Of a DNA stretch of 61,330 nucleotides, positions 21,507-30,615 are shown in pieces. Location of the stretch: the IMG/VR virus record IMGVR_UViG_3300003154_000789, positions 1 to 61,330 of that record; one strand, written 5' to 3'. The position numbers and the translations under genes were made by a program. Every line of letters begins with the position of its first letter. The first letter of the stretch is position 1. The DNA comes from a virus. The notes below the pieces were generated by a model, which saw only the letters and a program-made list of their open reading frames with translations, made no database searches and had not been told where the DNA came from.

Positions 21507-21761
21507 ATGCGAAAGGATTTTGAAGATTGTGTTAAGAATGGTGGAAGAGTAAGAATTAAACAACTAAAGAACAATAAGTCTATTAAAATATGTTATGATA
21601 AAGAAGGTAATTCATTTTCTGGTGGAATCACTGTAGGAAAACCAGCTGAAACCGCCAAGGAACAAAAAGTTGAACAGGAACAAAAAATTGATACATCTAA
21701 AGCTTTAGCAGATAGGTTGGTAGAGCTTCAGAAATATATCAATACTCATTACCACACTTAA
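21507..21761 (+). CDS. hypothetical protein
   Basis: AGGAGG RBS. Confidence 0.6.
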   Translation: MRKDFEDCVKNGGRVRIKQLKNNKSIKICYDKEGNSFSGGITVGKPAETAKEQKVEQEQKIDTSKALADRLVELQKYINTHYHT

Positions 21762-21773
21762 AAGGAGAAGGTT

Positions 21774-22268
21774 ATGATCAGATTTACAGACGTTGATGAT
21801 AGTGTAGTTGAAATTTTTCTATCAACACTTGAAGAAAGATTTCCAAATTTGGCTCAACTAAAAATCAAATTAATTTTTGATACCAAGCGAAGAATCAAAG
21901 ACGGGGAAATCGTTCTAGCTAGTACAGAACTAGCATCGGAAAAAATAAAATTTTTTTCTAAAGATGATTTAGCAGTAGAGGGGTACGATATTGTTATTAT
22001 TTTTGATCAGAAGGCTTGGGAACTTTCTAATACAGTAGATAGGAAGAGAGTTATGTCCCACGAACTTCGTCATGTATTCATTGATGAACAAGGTAAAGTT
22101 AAATTGCTTCCACATGACATATCGGATTTTAGAATGGAACAAAAACTCAATGTGGATGACCCAGATTGGAAATTTAAGCTTGCTACATTAGTCAATGATG
22201 TATATGAACAAGAGAAAGAAATGGCAAAGCAAAGCAAACAATTGGGTAAAGGGGAGCAAACATGGTAA
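21774..22268 (+). CDS. Putative phage metallopeptidase
   Basis: SHELRH zincin motif followed by LLPHD. Confidence 0.65.
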   Translation: MIRFTDVDDSVVEIFLSTLEERFPNLAQLKIKLIFDTKRRIKDGEIVLASTELASEKIKFFSKDDLAVEGYDIVIIFDQKAWELSNTVDRKRVMSHELRHVFIDEQGKVKLLPHDISDFRMEQKLNVDDPDWKFKLATLVNDVYEQEKEMAKQSKQLGKGEQTW

Positions 22269-22549
22269 AAACAACAGATCAAGACATTGTTCAGAACCTT
22301 GAAGGTTTGACAGAAGAGGTAAAGGAGGAGGCATGGGCTAATTGGGTAAGGTCAGAAATTAGTGCTGCTCTTGATATTTATTTACCTATATCTTTTAAAA
22401 GCGATATCAATGTAGGTTATTATCCACATATCATTGAGACTTTGGAGAGTGGGGAAGTTAAAGATCCCATTCTGAAAGGCGGAGTAATTTTAACTATAGA
22501 CTTAAAGTTTGAGAAGCCGATAGATATTACTAAACCAAGAATAGAATAA
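22262..22549 (+). CDS. hypothetical protein
   Basis: Coupled ORF with GGGGAG RBS. Confidence 0.55.
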   Translation: MVKTTDQDIVQNLEGLTEEVKEEAWANWVRSEISAALDIYLPISFKSDINVGYYPHIIETLESGEVKDPILKGGVILTIDLKFEKPIDITKPRIE

Positions 22550-22569
22550 AAAATTTAGGGGTAATATAC

Positions 22570-23154
22570 ATGTCTAATAAAGGGCTTATTTATTTTCAAG
22601 ATGGTAAAATAATAGCGGAGCATGGAAATGCTAGGGTTTATAAAATGAATGGAGAATTGTTCCTTGAAATTGGTCCAGGACACACTCTTTGTTGTGCTGA
22701 GGGAGAACTTGTAGAATATATACATCAGCTATCTGATTTTCCAAGGGGACGTTGTTTGGAGATAGGCTTAGGTCTTGGTATAGTTTCTAGATATTTGTTT
22801 ACATTTCCACAAGTTACGCATGTAACTACTATAGAAAATAATCTCGATGTTATAAAAGTCCATAACAAATTAAAAGAAGAAGATCGAGGATTAGATATTG
22901 AATACCCAGCAGAAAAACATAGAATTCTATATGCTGATGGTATTGAATACGCATATCAAACCAAAAAGAAGTATGATTTTATTTTCATAGACTGTTATAC
23001 TATTATTGATGAAGAAACGCTTCCACTAATTGCAGATATGGCAGCGGCTTGTTCTAGAGTATTAAACCGAGGAGGAAAAATGATAGGCTGGCTTGATAAG
23101 CATACTCCTGGTCCTTATTATTCAATTTTTCAAAAGATTTTTAATCAGTATTAA
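22570..23154 (+). CDS. Class I SAM-dependent methyltransferase (spermidine-synthase-like)
   Basis: LEIGLGLG, TIE, ADG, YDFIFID. Confidence 0.7.
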   Translation: MSNKGLIYFQDGKIIAEHGNARVYKMNGELFLEIGPGHTLCCAEGELVEYIHQLSDFPRGRCLEIGLGLGIVSRYLFTFPQVTHVTTIENNLDVIKVHNKLKEEDRGLDIEYPAEKHRILYADGIEYAYQTKKKYDFIFIDCYTIIDEETLPLIADMAAACSRVLNRGGKMIGWLDKHTPGPYYSIFQKIFNQY

Positions 23155-23306
23155 TAAACAAATAAGAATAATAGGGGGTGATATATAATGGGCTGCAAGT
23201 CAAAACCGAAACCGAAACCTAAATGATTTAAACTATATGAATAATGTAACCTTTAAAGGGTAGAGAAAATTTTATTTCTCTACCTTATTTAATTACGAGG
23301 TGTATA

Positions 23307-23747
23307 ATGGAAAATAATAATTTAAATTTAGTTATTGAGAGAGCTCAGAAAGCTTTGGATACTGCTAAAAAGTTGACGACTAAAGATCGTAAGAAGCTGA
23401 AATCCGGTACATTCTGTGGACCAGGTCGTAGTTTTCCAGTACCAGATTGTCAACATGTGGCAACTGCAAAAGCATTCCTAGGACGATCAAAGTTTTCGGC
23501 ATCCACTAAACAAAAGATCGCTGCTTGTATTAATAGAAAAGGAAAGGCGTTAGGATGTGGCGGAGAAAAGAAAGCTAAAGCCTCAGAGAATGAATTTCCA
23601 AAGTATATTGAATTAAGTGCAGAACAGAAAAGACTTTATGCCTCTGATATTTTTGAAGAAACTAAACGACTAGTAGAAGAATCAATTGCCAATCCCGGCA
23701 TGGACTTGGATTTTGACCTCGTGCAAATAGAGGATATGGAAGACTAA
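23307..23747 (+). CDS. hypothetical basic protein
   Basis: GAGG RBS, intact ORF. Confidence 0.55.
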   Translation: MENNNLNLVIERAQKALDTAKKLTTKDRKKLKSGTFCGPGRSFPVPDCQHVATAKAFLGRSKFSASTKQKIAACINRKGKALGCGGEKKAKASENEFPKYIELSAEQKRLYASDIFEETKRLVEESIANPGMDLDFDLVQIEDMED

Positions 23748-23776
23748 TAACTAGCCCATATTGTGGGGGAAATGGA

Positions 23777-24340
23777 ATGGAATTACAAGCACTTCAAGAT
23801 GCAGCAGCACTTTGTAAAGGCTGCGAGCTTCATAAAGGACGTATCAATCCAGTATTTGCTAAAGGTAATTCAGTTGCTGAGATCATGATCTGTGGAATGG
23901 TTCCTGCTGATGAAGAAAATAAAGTTGGACTACCTTTTGTAGGTAGAGCAGGTAAACTATTAGACAAAATTCTAATGGATACCATGTTGACAATGGATGA
24001 TGTATATATTACTAATCTTGTCAAATGTTATCTGGCTGCAGGATTGCCTCTAAAATTTGATTGGATAGATTCCTGCCTACCTTATTTAATTGTACAGATA
24101 GATATCATTAGTCCCAAGGTTATACTAACCCTTGGAAAAGATGCTTCCATTACTTTATTAGGATTGGATTCTAAGATCTCTTTGGGTAGTATTGTCGGTA
24201 AAGTATTTGAGTATGGAGATGCTAAGGTTATTCCTACTTATCATCCTTCTTATTTGTTGAGGGGAGGAGGCGATAAGCATAAGAGTTATCCTAATGTGAT
24301 AAGAGATTTTAATTTAGCAAAAGAACTACTTGACAAATAG
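23777..24340 (+). CDS. Uracil-DNA glycosylase family 4
   Basis: CxxCELH, GLPFVGRAGKLLD, ITNLVKC, YHPSY. Confidence 0.85.
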   Translation: MELQALQDAAALCKGCELHKGRINPVFAKGNSVAEIMICGMVPADEENKVGLPFVGRAGKLLDKILMDTMLTMDDVYITNLVKCYLAAGLPLKFDWIDSCLPYLIVQIDIISPKVILTLGKDASITLLGLDSKISLGSIVGKVFEYGDAKVIPTYHPSYLLRGGGDKHKSYPNVIRDFNLAKELLDK

Positions 24341-24357
24341 AATTTATGTATTACTAT
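24330..24357 (+). promoter_or_regulatory. sigma70-type promoter of tRNA cluster
   Basis: TTGACA-16-TACTAT directly before first tRNA. Confidence 0.7.
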
Positions 24358-24367
24358 ATAACTATGA

Positions 24368-24438
24368 CGCGGGAAGAATTGGTATTCAAATGGGGCTCAT
24401 AACTCTGTCTTAGAGGTGTTCGATTCCCTCTCCCGCAA
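24368..24438 (+). tRNA. tRNA-Met(CAT), initiator-like
   Basis: C1.A72 mismatch, GCGGGA/TCCCGC acceptor, loop CTCATAA, GTTCGATT. Confidence 0.8.
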
Positions 24439-24538
24439 ATAAATCCTCACGCCTTGGGAAAAAATAAGCCAAGGATGAAATAGTTAGCATCTTGGGCTCG
24501 AATGCTATTAAAGGTTGAAATAATCGGGTATCATTTAA

Positions 24539-24608
24539 GCCGAGGTCTTATGGTGAGAAGTCTAGTTTCATAAACTAGAACTGGAGGGATCGTTACCCTT
24601 ACTCGGCA
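24539..24608 (+). tRNA. tRNA-Met/Ile2(CAT)
   Basis: GCCGAG/CTCGGC acceptor, CTAGT-TTCATAA-ACTAG, atypical T loop. Confidence 0.75.
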
Positions 24609-24609
24609 C

Positions 24610-24822
24610 ATGAAAACGTTTCTTAAATACATTTGTAGCTCATTAGAAGTATTATGCTGTGCAACGCATCCTTTTGTTGAATTAGAGATACTCCTAACAG
24701 GAAGACATTGTAATTTAACTCATTTAAGTTTGTTATTAAATGATAAATATGATTTGGGAGTATGGAAAATGGTTAAGCCAGAAGAAACATACTACCCAGA
24801 TTATTCTGTACGAAAAATCTGA
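24610..24822 (+). CDS. hypothetical protein
   Basis: Fills gap between tRNAs; no SD. Confidence 0.4.
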   Translation: MKTFLKYICSSLEVLCCATHPFVELEILLTGRHCNLTHLSLLLNDKYDLGVWKMVKPEETYYPDYSVRKI

Positions 24823-24893
24823 CGACATGCCTCGAATGGTTAGGGGTCTGGTTGCAACCCAGATATATGTGGGTTCGATTCCCTCTGTCGTCT
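24821..24893 (+). tRNA. tRNA-Cys(GCA)
   Basis: GACGACA/TGTCGTC, TCTGG-TTGCAAC-CCAGA, U73. Confidence 0.85.
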
Positions 24894-24897
24894 AAGA

Positions 24898-24980
24898 GGA
24901 AAGTATCCGGCTGGATGAGGACGCAGTCCTGAAAACTGTTGGGTGTAAAAGCCTTGGGAGTTCGAGTCTCCCACTTTCCG
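24898..24980 (+). tRNA. tRNA-Ser(TGA)
   Basis: GGAAAGT/ACTTTCC, loop CCTGAAA, long variable arm, G73. Confidence 0.9.
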
Positions 24981-25014
24981 CAAGTCTTCTGACCCTATTA
25001 TAGGAGGATATATC

Positions 25015-25585
25015 ATGATTAAATATAGTAGGGAAGAGCATGCGTTGTTATTCGACGTATTTTTTAAGTTTATATATGAAAATTTTATTCTAGTTGTTGT
25101 ACCTGATAGTAAGATAAGGATGATTCGAGAAGTTTTTTTCCGGCGTGGTTGGAAAAAAACTTGGAGAGAAGAGATTTAAATACGATAAAGATCAAATGTT
25201 TCAGCGGTGCTTAACTGGCTTCTTAGGAGAAGCTGCTGTCGAGGAATTCTTCGGCATTAACTTTATCGATTGGTCTGTTGGTGTTACAGACGCGTATAAT
25301 TATGCAGACCTTAAAGCTCTTGGTATAAATGCTGGAATAAAAACATGTAGAGTGGGAAATTTTCCTTTGATAAAAAGGAATACCAAAAGACCTCAACTTA
25401 TTTGTATACGAATTAGTGACAACGAAGTTTTAGTTGGTGGTTTTGCTTCTCTTGATAAGTTACATCGTTTTACTGACGACAAACTTATATTAGACGACAA
25501 AGCTAAGGAGTGGAAAACAGCTTTTTGGGGAATTCATGACTTAAAATATTTTACTAATCTTGAAGAACTTAGACTGTTAGTCTAA
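25015..25585 (+). pseudogene. Phage protein split by a +1 frameshift at a T7 run
   Basis: GGAGG+ATG at 25015; frame changes at T7 25133-25139 into ORF 25145-25585. Confidence 0.55.
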
Positions 25586-25638
25586 GAAATTAACTCAAAG
25601 GGTCAGAAGACAAATTTTAATTTAAGAAAGGAGATAGT

Positions 25639-25893
25639 ATGTGTAACGCCGATTTAAAAATAAGCCCCATTCCATATGTATATAAATGGGGAAAAGATAT
25701 AGTGACTGAGTTTTGGGTCAAGTATTCGCCTAAGAAACCTGATCCATCAGCAGGATTTATTGGTATGATGAAAGAAAAACTTATTGGCTTTACAAAAGAT
25801 GTGATGCCTACCGTAATTTGTGAAGAGGTAGACAGACAAGTAAGACCTCTTATTACTGCTAATAAGTGGATGTATTTTACTATTGTAAAATAA
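25639..25893 (+). CDS. hypothetical protein
   Basis: AAGGAG RBS. Confidence 0.6.
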   Translation: MCNADLKISPIPYVYKWGKDIVTEFWVKYSPKKPDPSAGFIGMMKEKLIGFTKDVMPTVICEEVDRQVRPLITANKWMYFTIVK

Positions 25894-25900
25894 TTTAAAT

Positions 25901-25984
25901 GCCTGTGTGGTGTAATTTGGTAGGCACGCAACGCTTAGAACGTTGTGCTCTAAGAGCATGGGGGTTCGAGTCCCTTCACAGGCA
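25901..25984 (+). tRNA. tRNA-Leu(TAG)
   Basis: GCCTGTG/CACAGGC, CAACG-CTTAGAA-CGTTG, long V arm. Confidence 0.9.
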
Positions 25985-25985
25985 C

Positions 25986-26462
25986 ATGAAATATTCAAAA
26001 GAAATATTAGAGGAAGCAATAGAACACATCATCTCTATGGCTGGAGTATTACGATACTTAGGAATATTATGTTCTGGTGGTATGCATTCTCATTTATCCA
26101 ATAAGATAAAACGCCTTAATATAGATACATCACATTTTTTAGGAAAGAGAGCTAACAGTGGAGAAAACCACGTTGGAGGCTGCGATAGAAAAGAAGCATC
26201 CAAAATATTAATTCATCGTAAAGATGAATATAGAAGATCTAAAAGACATCATTTAGTTAGAGCCTTAAAAGAGATGGGGCGTGAGTATAAATGCGAAGTT
26301 TGTGGTGTTGAAGAGTGGAATGGTCATGAACTAATGTTGCCAGTTGATCATATAAATGGTGATTGGTTAGATGATAGAATAGAAAATCTTAGATTTCTAT
26401 GCCCAAATTGTCACTCTCAAACAAAGAGTTTTGCTGGAAAAGGGAAAAAGAAAAACTTATAG
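25986..26462 (+). CDS. HNH homing endonuclease
   Basis: CEVCG...VDHINGD..DDRIENLRFLCPNCHSQT. Confidence 0.85.
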   Translation: MKYSKEILEEAIEHIISMAGVLRYLGILCSGGMHSHLSNKIKRLNIDTSHFLGKRANSGENHVGGCDRKEASKILIHRKDEYRRSKRHHLVRALKEMGREYKCEVCGVEEWNGHELMLPVDHINGDWLDDRIENLRFLCPNCHSQTKSFAGKGKKKNL

Positions 26463-26465
26463 AAT

Positions 26466-26536
26466 GGGGTTATCGTATAACGGGATTACACTGCCCCTGC
26501 AAGGCAGATATTAGAGTTCGATTCTCTATGACTCCA
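26466..26536 (+). tRNA. tRNA-Ala(TGC)
   Basis: G3:U70, CTGCC-CCTGCAA-GGCAG. Confidence 0.9.
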
Positions 26537-26538
26537 AC

Positions 26539-26661
26539 GTGCTCCTAGTTCTTTTGAACCTTAATCTGTTCGATTCGGAGCTGAGGGAAGCGATACTGAA
26601 ACAAAGGTATCATCCACGAGAGTGGCCCTTGGTATGATGGTTTGGTGGCCGGAGGGAGTAT
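26539..26661 (+). ncRNA. Candidate structured ncRNA
   Basis: Terminal GTGCTCC/GGAGTAT stem, T-arm-like TCTG-TTCGATT-CGGA, three-way junction with CCAC-GAGA-GTGG. Confidence 0.45.
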
Positions 26662-26681
26662 AATTTAACAAGGAAAAGGGT

Positions 26682-26915
26682 ATGAACATATATAAAGTAG
26701 ACTTACACAGATTAAGACATGAGGATGCTCGTCGAGTAGTAATCAATTTTATTGAGGACCATTGGAACGAGGAAGCAGAGCTCGAAATTATTACTGGTAA
26801 CAGTCAAAAAATGCAAGGCTTAGTAATGAATGTTCTGGATGAATATAAACTGACCTATCAAATAAGTAGAATGTTTGATTTAAATAACAAGGGGTATATA
26901 GTTACATGGACGTAA
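26682..26915 (+). CDS. Smr-domain protein
   Basis: VDLH, EIITGNS, NKGYIV. Confidence 0.7.
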   Translation: MNIYKVDLHRLRHEDARRVVINFIEDHWNEEAELEIITGNSQKMQGLVMNVLDEYKLTYQISRMFDLNNKGYIVTWT

Positions 26916-27085
26916 GATATGAAGAAACTGTTCTTTATCTTTGCTCAGAAGAAGGTTGTCCTGGAAGTATTGGGTTGAGTAAATCTTTACCTTCTCCAGA
27001 AGGTTCTAAGTGCATGGCTTGTCGTAAGGGGTACTATATAAAATATGAAGAGCCAGAGTATGTTAGTTGGCACATAGAAGCATAA
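26906..27085 (+). CDS. hypothetical Cys-containing protein (59 aa)
   Basis: MDVRYEETVLYLCSEEGC...CMAC. Confidence 0.4.
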   Translation: MDVRYEETVLYLCSEEGCPGSIGLSKSLPSPEGSKCMACRKGYYIKYEEPEYVSWHIEA

Positions 27086-27157
27086 TGCCGTTTAGCTCAG
27101 AGGGAGAGCGGTTGTCCTACAAACAACATGGCGATGGTTCAATCCCATCAACGGCAA
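27086..27157 (+). tRNA. tRNA-Val(TAC)
   Basis: TGCCGTT/AACGGCA, GTTGT-CCTACAA-ACAAC. Confidence 0.9.
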
Positions 27158-27164
27158 AAGTAAA

Positions 27165-27239
27165 GGGACTTTAGCTAATGGGGTCATTCAGCGGCTGGTT
27201 GAAGCCCAGCAGAACTCCGTTCAACTCGGAGAGGTCCCA
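27165..27239 (+). tRNA. tRNA-Phe(GAA)
   Basis: GGGACTT/AGGTCCC, GCTGG-TTGAAGC-CCAGC. Confidence 0.85.
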
Positions 27240-27260
27240 CAACATTAATTGGAGAGATAA

Positions 27261-27677
27261 ATGTTTTCTACAGGTAGAAAAGGTGATATAGGTGTGCATA
27301 AGTCGATAGCAATCTTATTAGAATTAGGATTAGATGTATTTTTACCAGTATCAAATAGTAAGCCTTATGATATATTGGTCGGGGACAAGAAAAATTTTTA
27401 TAAAGTGCAAGTTAAATATAGAAAGATAAGAAAAGATGGGACATTGGCTGTTGAGTTTGCTATTAAATGCAGTCACACCAAAAGAGGAACTTTAAGAAGA
27501 GCAATGACATCCGAAGATGTAGATATTTTCTGCATTTATTGCCCGGATACGGATAAATGTTATTTTGTAGAGTCTGCTAATAGGAAGTCAATAATGTTAA
27601 GAATTATTGACTCTGTAAATAATAAGAAATGTAATATTAATTACGCGAAAGACTTTGAAAAATGGCCGTATAGCTAA
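27261..27677 (+). CDS. PD-(D/E)XK homing endonuclease (group I intron-associated type, free-standing)
   Basis: KGDIG, PYDILV, KVQVKY, VDIFCIYCP. Confidence 0.75.
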   Translation: MFSTGRKGDIGVHKSIAILLELGLDVFLPVSNSKPYDILVGDKKNFYKVQVKYRKIRKDGTLAVEFAIKCSHTKRGTLRRAMTSEDVDIFCIYCPDTDKCYFVESANRKSIMLRIIDSVNNKKCNINYAKDFEKWPYS

Positions 27678-27736
27678 ATGGAATAGCACCATTCTACGAA
27701 AATGGATTTATACAGGTTCGACCCCTGTTGCGGCCC
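27664..27736 (+). tRNA. tRNA-Arg(ACG)
   Basis: GGCCGTA/TGCGGCC, CCATT-CTACGAA-AATGG. Confidence 0.85.
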
Positions 27737-27897
27737 CAAGGAAAAATGATATGGGAAAGTATAGAACACAACAATTATTTGTATGCCCTTACTGTAATAT
27801 AGCAGGATGGTTTAAGCGTGGTCAAAGAGATGGACATATCAATAAAAGTCATCCTGACAAGCCTGTCATTTATGGTACAGGTATAGAAGAAAGATTT

Positions 27898-27982
27898 GCC
27901 GAAATGGTGGAATGGGATACACATCTGTTTCAAAAGCAGACGAGCTAAGCTCATGCGAGTTCGACTCTCGCTTTCGGTACCA
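27898..27982 (+). tRNA. tRNA-Leu(CAA)
   Basis: GCCGAAA/TTTCGGT, loop TTCAAAA, long V arm, CCA. Confidence 0.9.
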
Positions 27983-28001
27983 ATTTAAATGGAGATAAAA
28001 A

Positions 28002-28364
28002 ATGAAAAGTGTGATGATAGTGGAGGATGACGAGTTGATAAGGAACTTATTGACTGCTTTTGTTACACATACAAAGAAGTTTGATGTGATAGACAGTGTT
28101 ATGTCAGGAGAAGAAGCTATGCTTCTTTTTAAGCCTGGAAAATATGATCTTGTTATAATAGATTTAAGTTTAGTTTTCATGTCTGGTTCAGAAGTATGTT
28201 TGCTCATAAGACGGCAGGATAAAGATGTTCATATTTTAGGAATGACTGGATACAGGGATCTCATTAATAATGAACATATACTCGCCACAGGTTTTAACAA
28301 GATTTTTTTAAAACCATTTGAGTATACAGATTTTTTTGATTATATAGAAGATTTATGGAAATAA
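28002..28364 (+). CDS. Response regulator receiver domain
   Basis: VEDD, IIDL, MTG, KPF. Confidence 0.8.
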   Translation: MKSVMIVEDDELIRNLLTAFVTHTKKFDVIDSVMSGEEAMLLFKPGKYDLVIIDLSLVFMSGSEVCLLIRRQDKDVHILGMTGYRDLINNEHILATGFNKIFLKPFEYTDFFDYIEDLWK

Positions 28365-28367
28365 TAC

Positions 28368-28395
28368 TTGACAAATAGAAAACATGTATTATCTT
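28368..28395 (+). promoter_or_regulatory. sigma70-type promoter
   Basis: TTGACA-16-TATCTT. Confidence 0.7.
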
Positions 28396-28451
28396 ATAGG
28401 TAAGTAAAGGGAAGCAAAATAAGAATAACTTAAAGGAAAAGGAGAACTAAA

Positions 28452-28688
28452 ATGAAAAGACATTCTAAGATGGTAGGAAAAAGTAACGTTAAGAATTTGA
28501 TCGTAACCAATAGAGACATGATCACCTTATCTCTCGACAAGGGAGAGGAATTGACAGCTTTTATTCAGAATTTGGAAGCATCTAGACGTGACAATCGTAT
28601 GACAAACACTGTACGTTTATGGATCAAGGATGGTAAGATCTACGTTTCTAATAGATTTAAGGCACCTTATACTGGTAATACCGTTTAA
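28452..28688 (+). CDS. hypothetical protein
   Basis: AAGGAG RBS after promoter. Confidence 0.6.
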   Translation: MKRHSKMVGKSNVKNLIVTNRDMITLSLDKGEELTAFIQNLEASRRDNRMTNTVRLWIKDGKIYVSNRFKAPYTGNTV

Positions 28689-28699
28689 CTTTTGAGGAT

Positions 28700-28784
28700 G
28701 CAGAGGTGGTGGAATTTGGTAGACACGCAGGTTTGAGAGACCTGTGATTTAAGTATCGTGGGAGTTCAAGTCTCCCTCTCTGCA
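28700..28784 (+). tRNA. tRNA-Leu(GAG)
   Basis: GCAGAGG/TCTCTGC, CAGGT-TTGAGAG-ACCTG. Confidence 0.9.
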
Positions 28785-28814
28785 CATACTAATCCTATGA
28801 ACGAAGGAATTATA

Positions 28815-29036
28815 ATGTATTCAACATTCAAAAGAATAATATCTAAGCATACGTCTCCAGAGGATATTGTTGCCTGGAAAGGATTTTTGATAGGCATTCT
28901 TTTAGTTATGTTTACCATAGGACCTCTTATCACTTTAGCTCTTATATTTATATTCAATGAGCATACTGATATAGATGATATAATAAAGATGCATTTAGAA
29001 CATTTTGTACAAGTGTTGATGAGTTATATAAGATAA
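28815..29036 (+). CDS. small membrane protein
   Basis: Hydrophobic segment, AAGGA RBS. Confidence 0.45.
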   Translation: MYSTFKRIISKHTSPEDIVAWKGFLIGILLVMFTIGPLITLALIFIFNEHTDIDDIIKMHLEHFVQVLMSYIR

Positions 29037-29039
29037 ATT

Positions 29040-29115
29040 GCCTTTGTAGCTCAGTAGGAAGAGCGTTCGCCTTGTAAGCGAAATGTCACGGGTTCGATTC
29101 CTGTCAGAGGCTCCA
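29040..29115 (+). tRNA. tRNA-Thr(TGT)
   Basis: GCCTTTG/CAGAGGC, TTCGC-CTTGTAA-GCGAA, CCA. Confidence 0.92.
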
Positions 29116-29120
29116 ATTAA

Positions 29121-29207
29121 GGAAGGCTAAATCTAATTAGGTAAGATGCTTGTTTGCTAAACAGGTGGGTGTAACAAGCCCTAAAGGTTCGAGTCCTTTG
29201 CCTTCCG
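29121..29207 (+). tRNA. tRNA-Ser(GCT)
   Basis: GGAAGGC/GCCTTCC, loop TTGCTAA, long V arm. Confidence 0.9.
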
Positions 29208-29238
29208 CATGATTAGATATAAATTAAAGGAGATTAAT

Positions 29239-29655
29239 ATGCTTAAAAAACTTATACCTATAATTTCTTTTTTAATATTATTGAGTTCTTCAGCCAGTGC
29301 TGAATGGGTTCAGAAAGATTATGTTACTTTTTTTGGTCCCACCAATCAAACTGTAACTGTTGCTTGGAATCCATCAGCTGAGGCTAATTATTATGAACTA
29401 GAACTAAATCAAGTGGAACAGAATACAAAAACTATTCTTCCCACTGGACAAAGTCTAACTGATACACAGAAGACTTTTTCCTTACCAAAGACAGGACATT
29501 TTATTATAAGGGTAAGGGCTTGTAATAGTGCTATTAGTCAGTGCAGTTCATGGGCTTCATCAACAGACGCAACCGTGTCCATGGTAGGTAGTGATAGTCG
29601 GGCTTGGTGGATTTATGGTTACGTAGCCCCTCCCGGCCCGATAGTGATACATTAA
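29239..29655 (+). CDS. Secreted fibronectin type III-like protein
   Basis: Signal peptide MLKK...ASA; TVAWNP..YYEL..IRVRACN. Confidence 0.6.
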   Translation: MLKKLIPIISFLILLSSSASAEWVQKDYVTFFGPTNQTVTVAWNPSAEANYYELELNQVEQNTKTILPTGQSLTDTQKTFSLPKTGHFIIRVRACNSAISQCSSWASSTDATVSMVGSDSRAWWIYGYVAPPGPIVIH

Positions 29656-29684
29656 AATACAGGTTTAACGTGGGGGTGATAACT

Positions 29685-29996
29685 ATGGCTAAAATCAAGA
29701 CTGTAACAATCTCTTTCGCAGCATCAGATTCACCTGATGTGGTAGGATATAAACTCTATGTCGAGGAATCTCCTACAGCAGTGTCTTATAGTTCTTTGTC
29801 ATTTGATCTAGGTAATACTACATCTATAGACCTTTCCATGCTTGAAGGAATGGCAAGTAAGAGTGGTGTTTTTAACCTAGGTGTTTCTGCAGTTGATACT
29901 GTTGGTAATGAAAGTGATATGAGTTTGTCTAATGACGTCCCTTTGGACTTCATGGCACCGAACCCTCCTGGCGAGATTGTTATTACACGCTCGTAG
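29685..29996 (+). CDS. Fibronectin type III-like protein
   Basis: DVVGYKLY, VSAVDTVGNES. Confidence 0.6.
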   Translation: MAKIKTVTISFAASDSPDVVGYKLYVEESPTAVSYSSLSFDLGNTTSIDLSMLEGMASKSGVFNLGVSAVDTVGNESDMSLSNDVPLDFMAPNPPGEIVITRS

Positions 29997-30069
29997 TTTT
30001 CTTAAGATTTTTATATAGAAAACTTTTTGGTTGGGTGTCTTAATATAAATATGTAGTAGTATTGAAACC

Positions 30070-30164
30070 GAAGACTCGTATATATTAGAAAGTATTCTAG
30101 AACGCTTTCTTTTAAAATGTGGAATGGCTTGGGCCAAAGCGATAGCGACCAAGCACGAGTCTTC
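30070..30164 (+). ncRNA. Candidate structured ncRNA
   Basis: 10-bp GAAGACTCGT/ACGAGTCTTC closing two internal hairpins. Confidence 0.4.
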
Positions 30165-30187
30165 TCTAATTATATAAGGAATTATTT

Positions 30188-30535
30188 ATGGTATCCAATA
30201 AAATTATGAAGGCTTATGAAAATAAGGATGCAATCGTATATAGAGCTATGTGTGATTGTGGAAGTAGTGGATGCGATCTTACGCTAGATGTTGAAAAAGC
30301 TCCAGATCTAGGAATGGTTTTTCTTACTTTATATAAAACTTTATCTTGGACTTCTTATGAATATTCTCGTAGTTGGATTAGAGATTTTTTCTGGAGAGTA
30401 AGTAATGCCCTTAAAATTTTATTTTGGGGAGAAATTAAAGTAGAAGGTGACTTTGTAATGCGAGAAGAACAAATGGATGCATTTATAAAAGCATTACAAG
30501 AGGCTAAAGAAACACTAAAAGGAGAGGTTTCCTAA
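30188..30535 (+). CDS. hypothetical protein
   Basis: AAGGA RBS; stop lies within tRNA-Ser. Confidence 0.55.
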   Translation: MVSNKIMKAYENKDAIVYRAMCDCGSSGCDLTLDVEKAPDLGMVFLTLYKTLSWTSYEYSRSWIRDFFWRVSNALKILFWGEIKVEGDFVMREEQMDAFIKALQEAKETLKGEVS

Positions 30536-30604
30536 TAGGTAAGGAGCCCGTTTGGAATGCGGGTGGGCTAATCACCTTTGCAGGTTCAAGTCCTGTCCTC
30601 TCCG
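30521..30604 (+). tRNA. tRNA-Ser(GGA)
   Basis: GGAGAGG/CCTCTCC, CCCGT-TTGGAAT-GCGGG. Confidence 0.9.
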
Positions 30605-30615
30605 CAAGAAAATAT

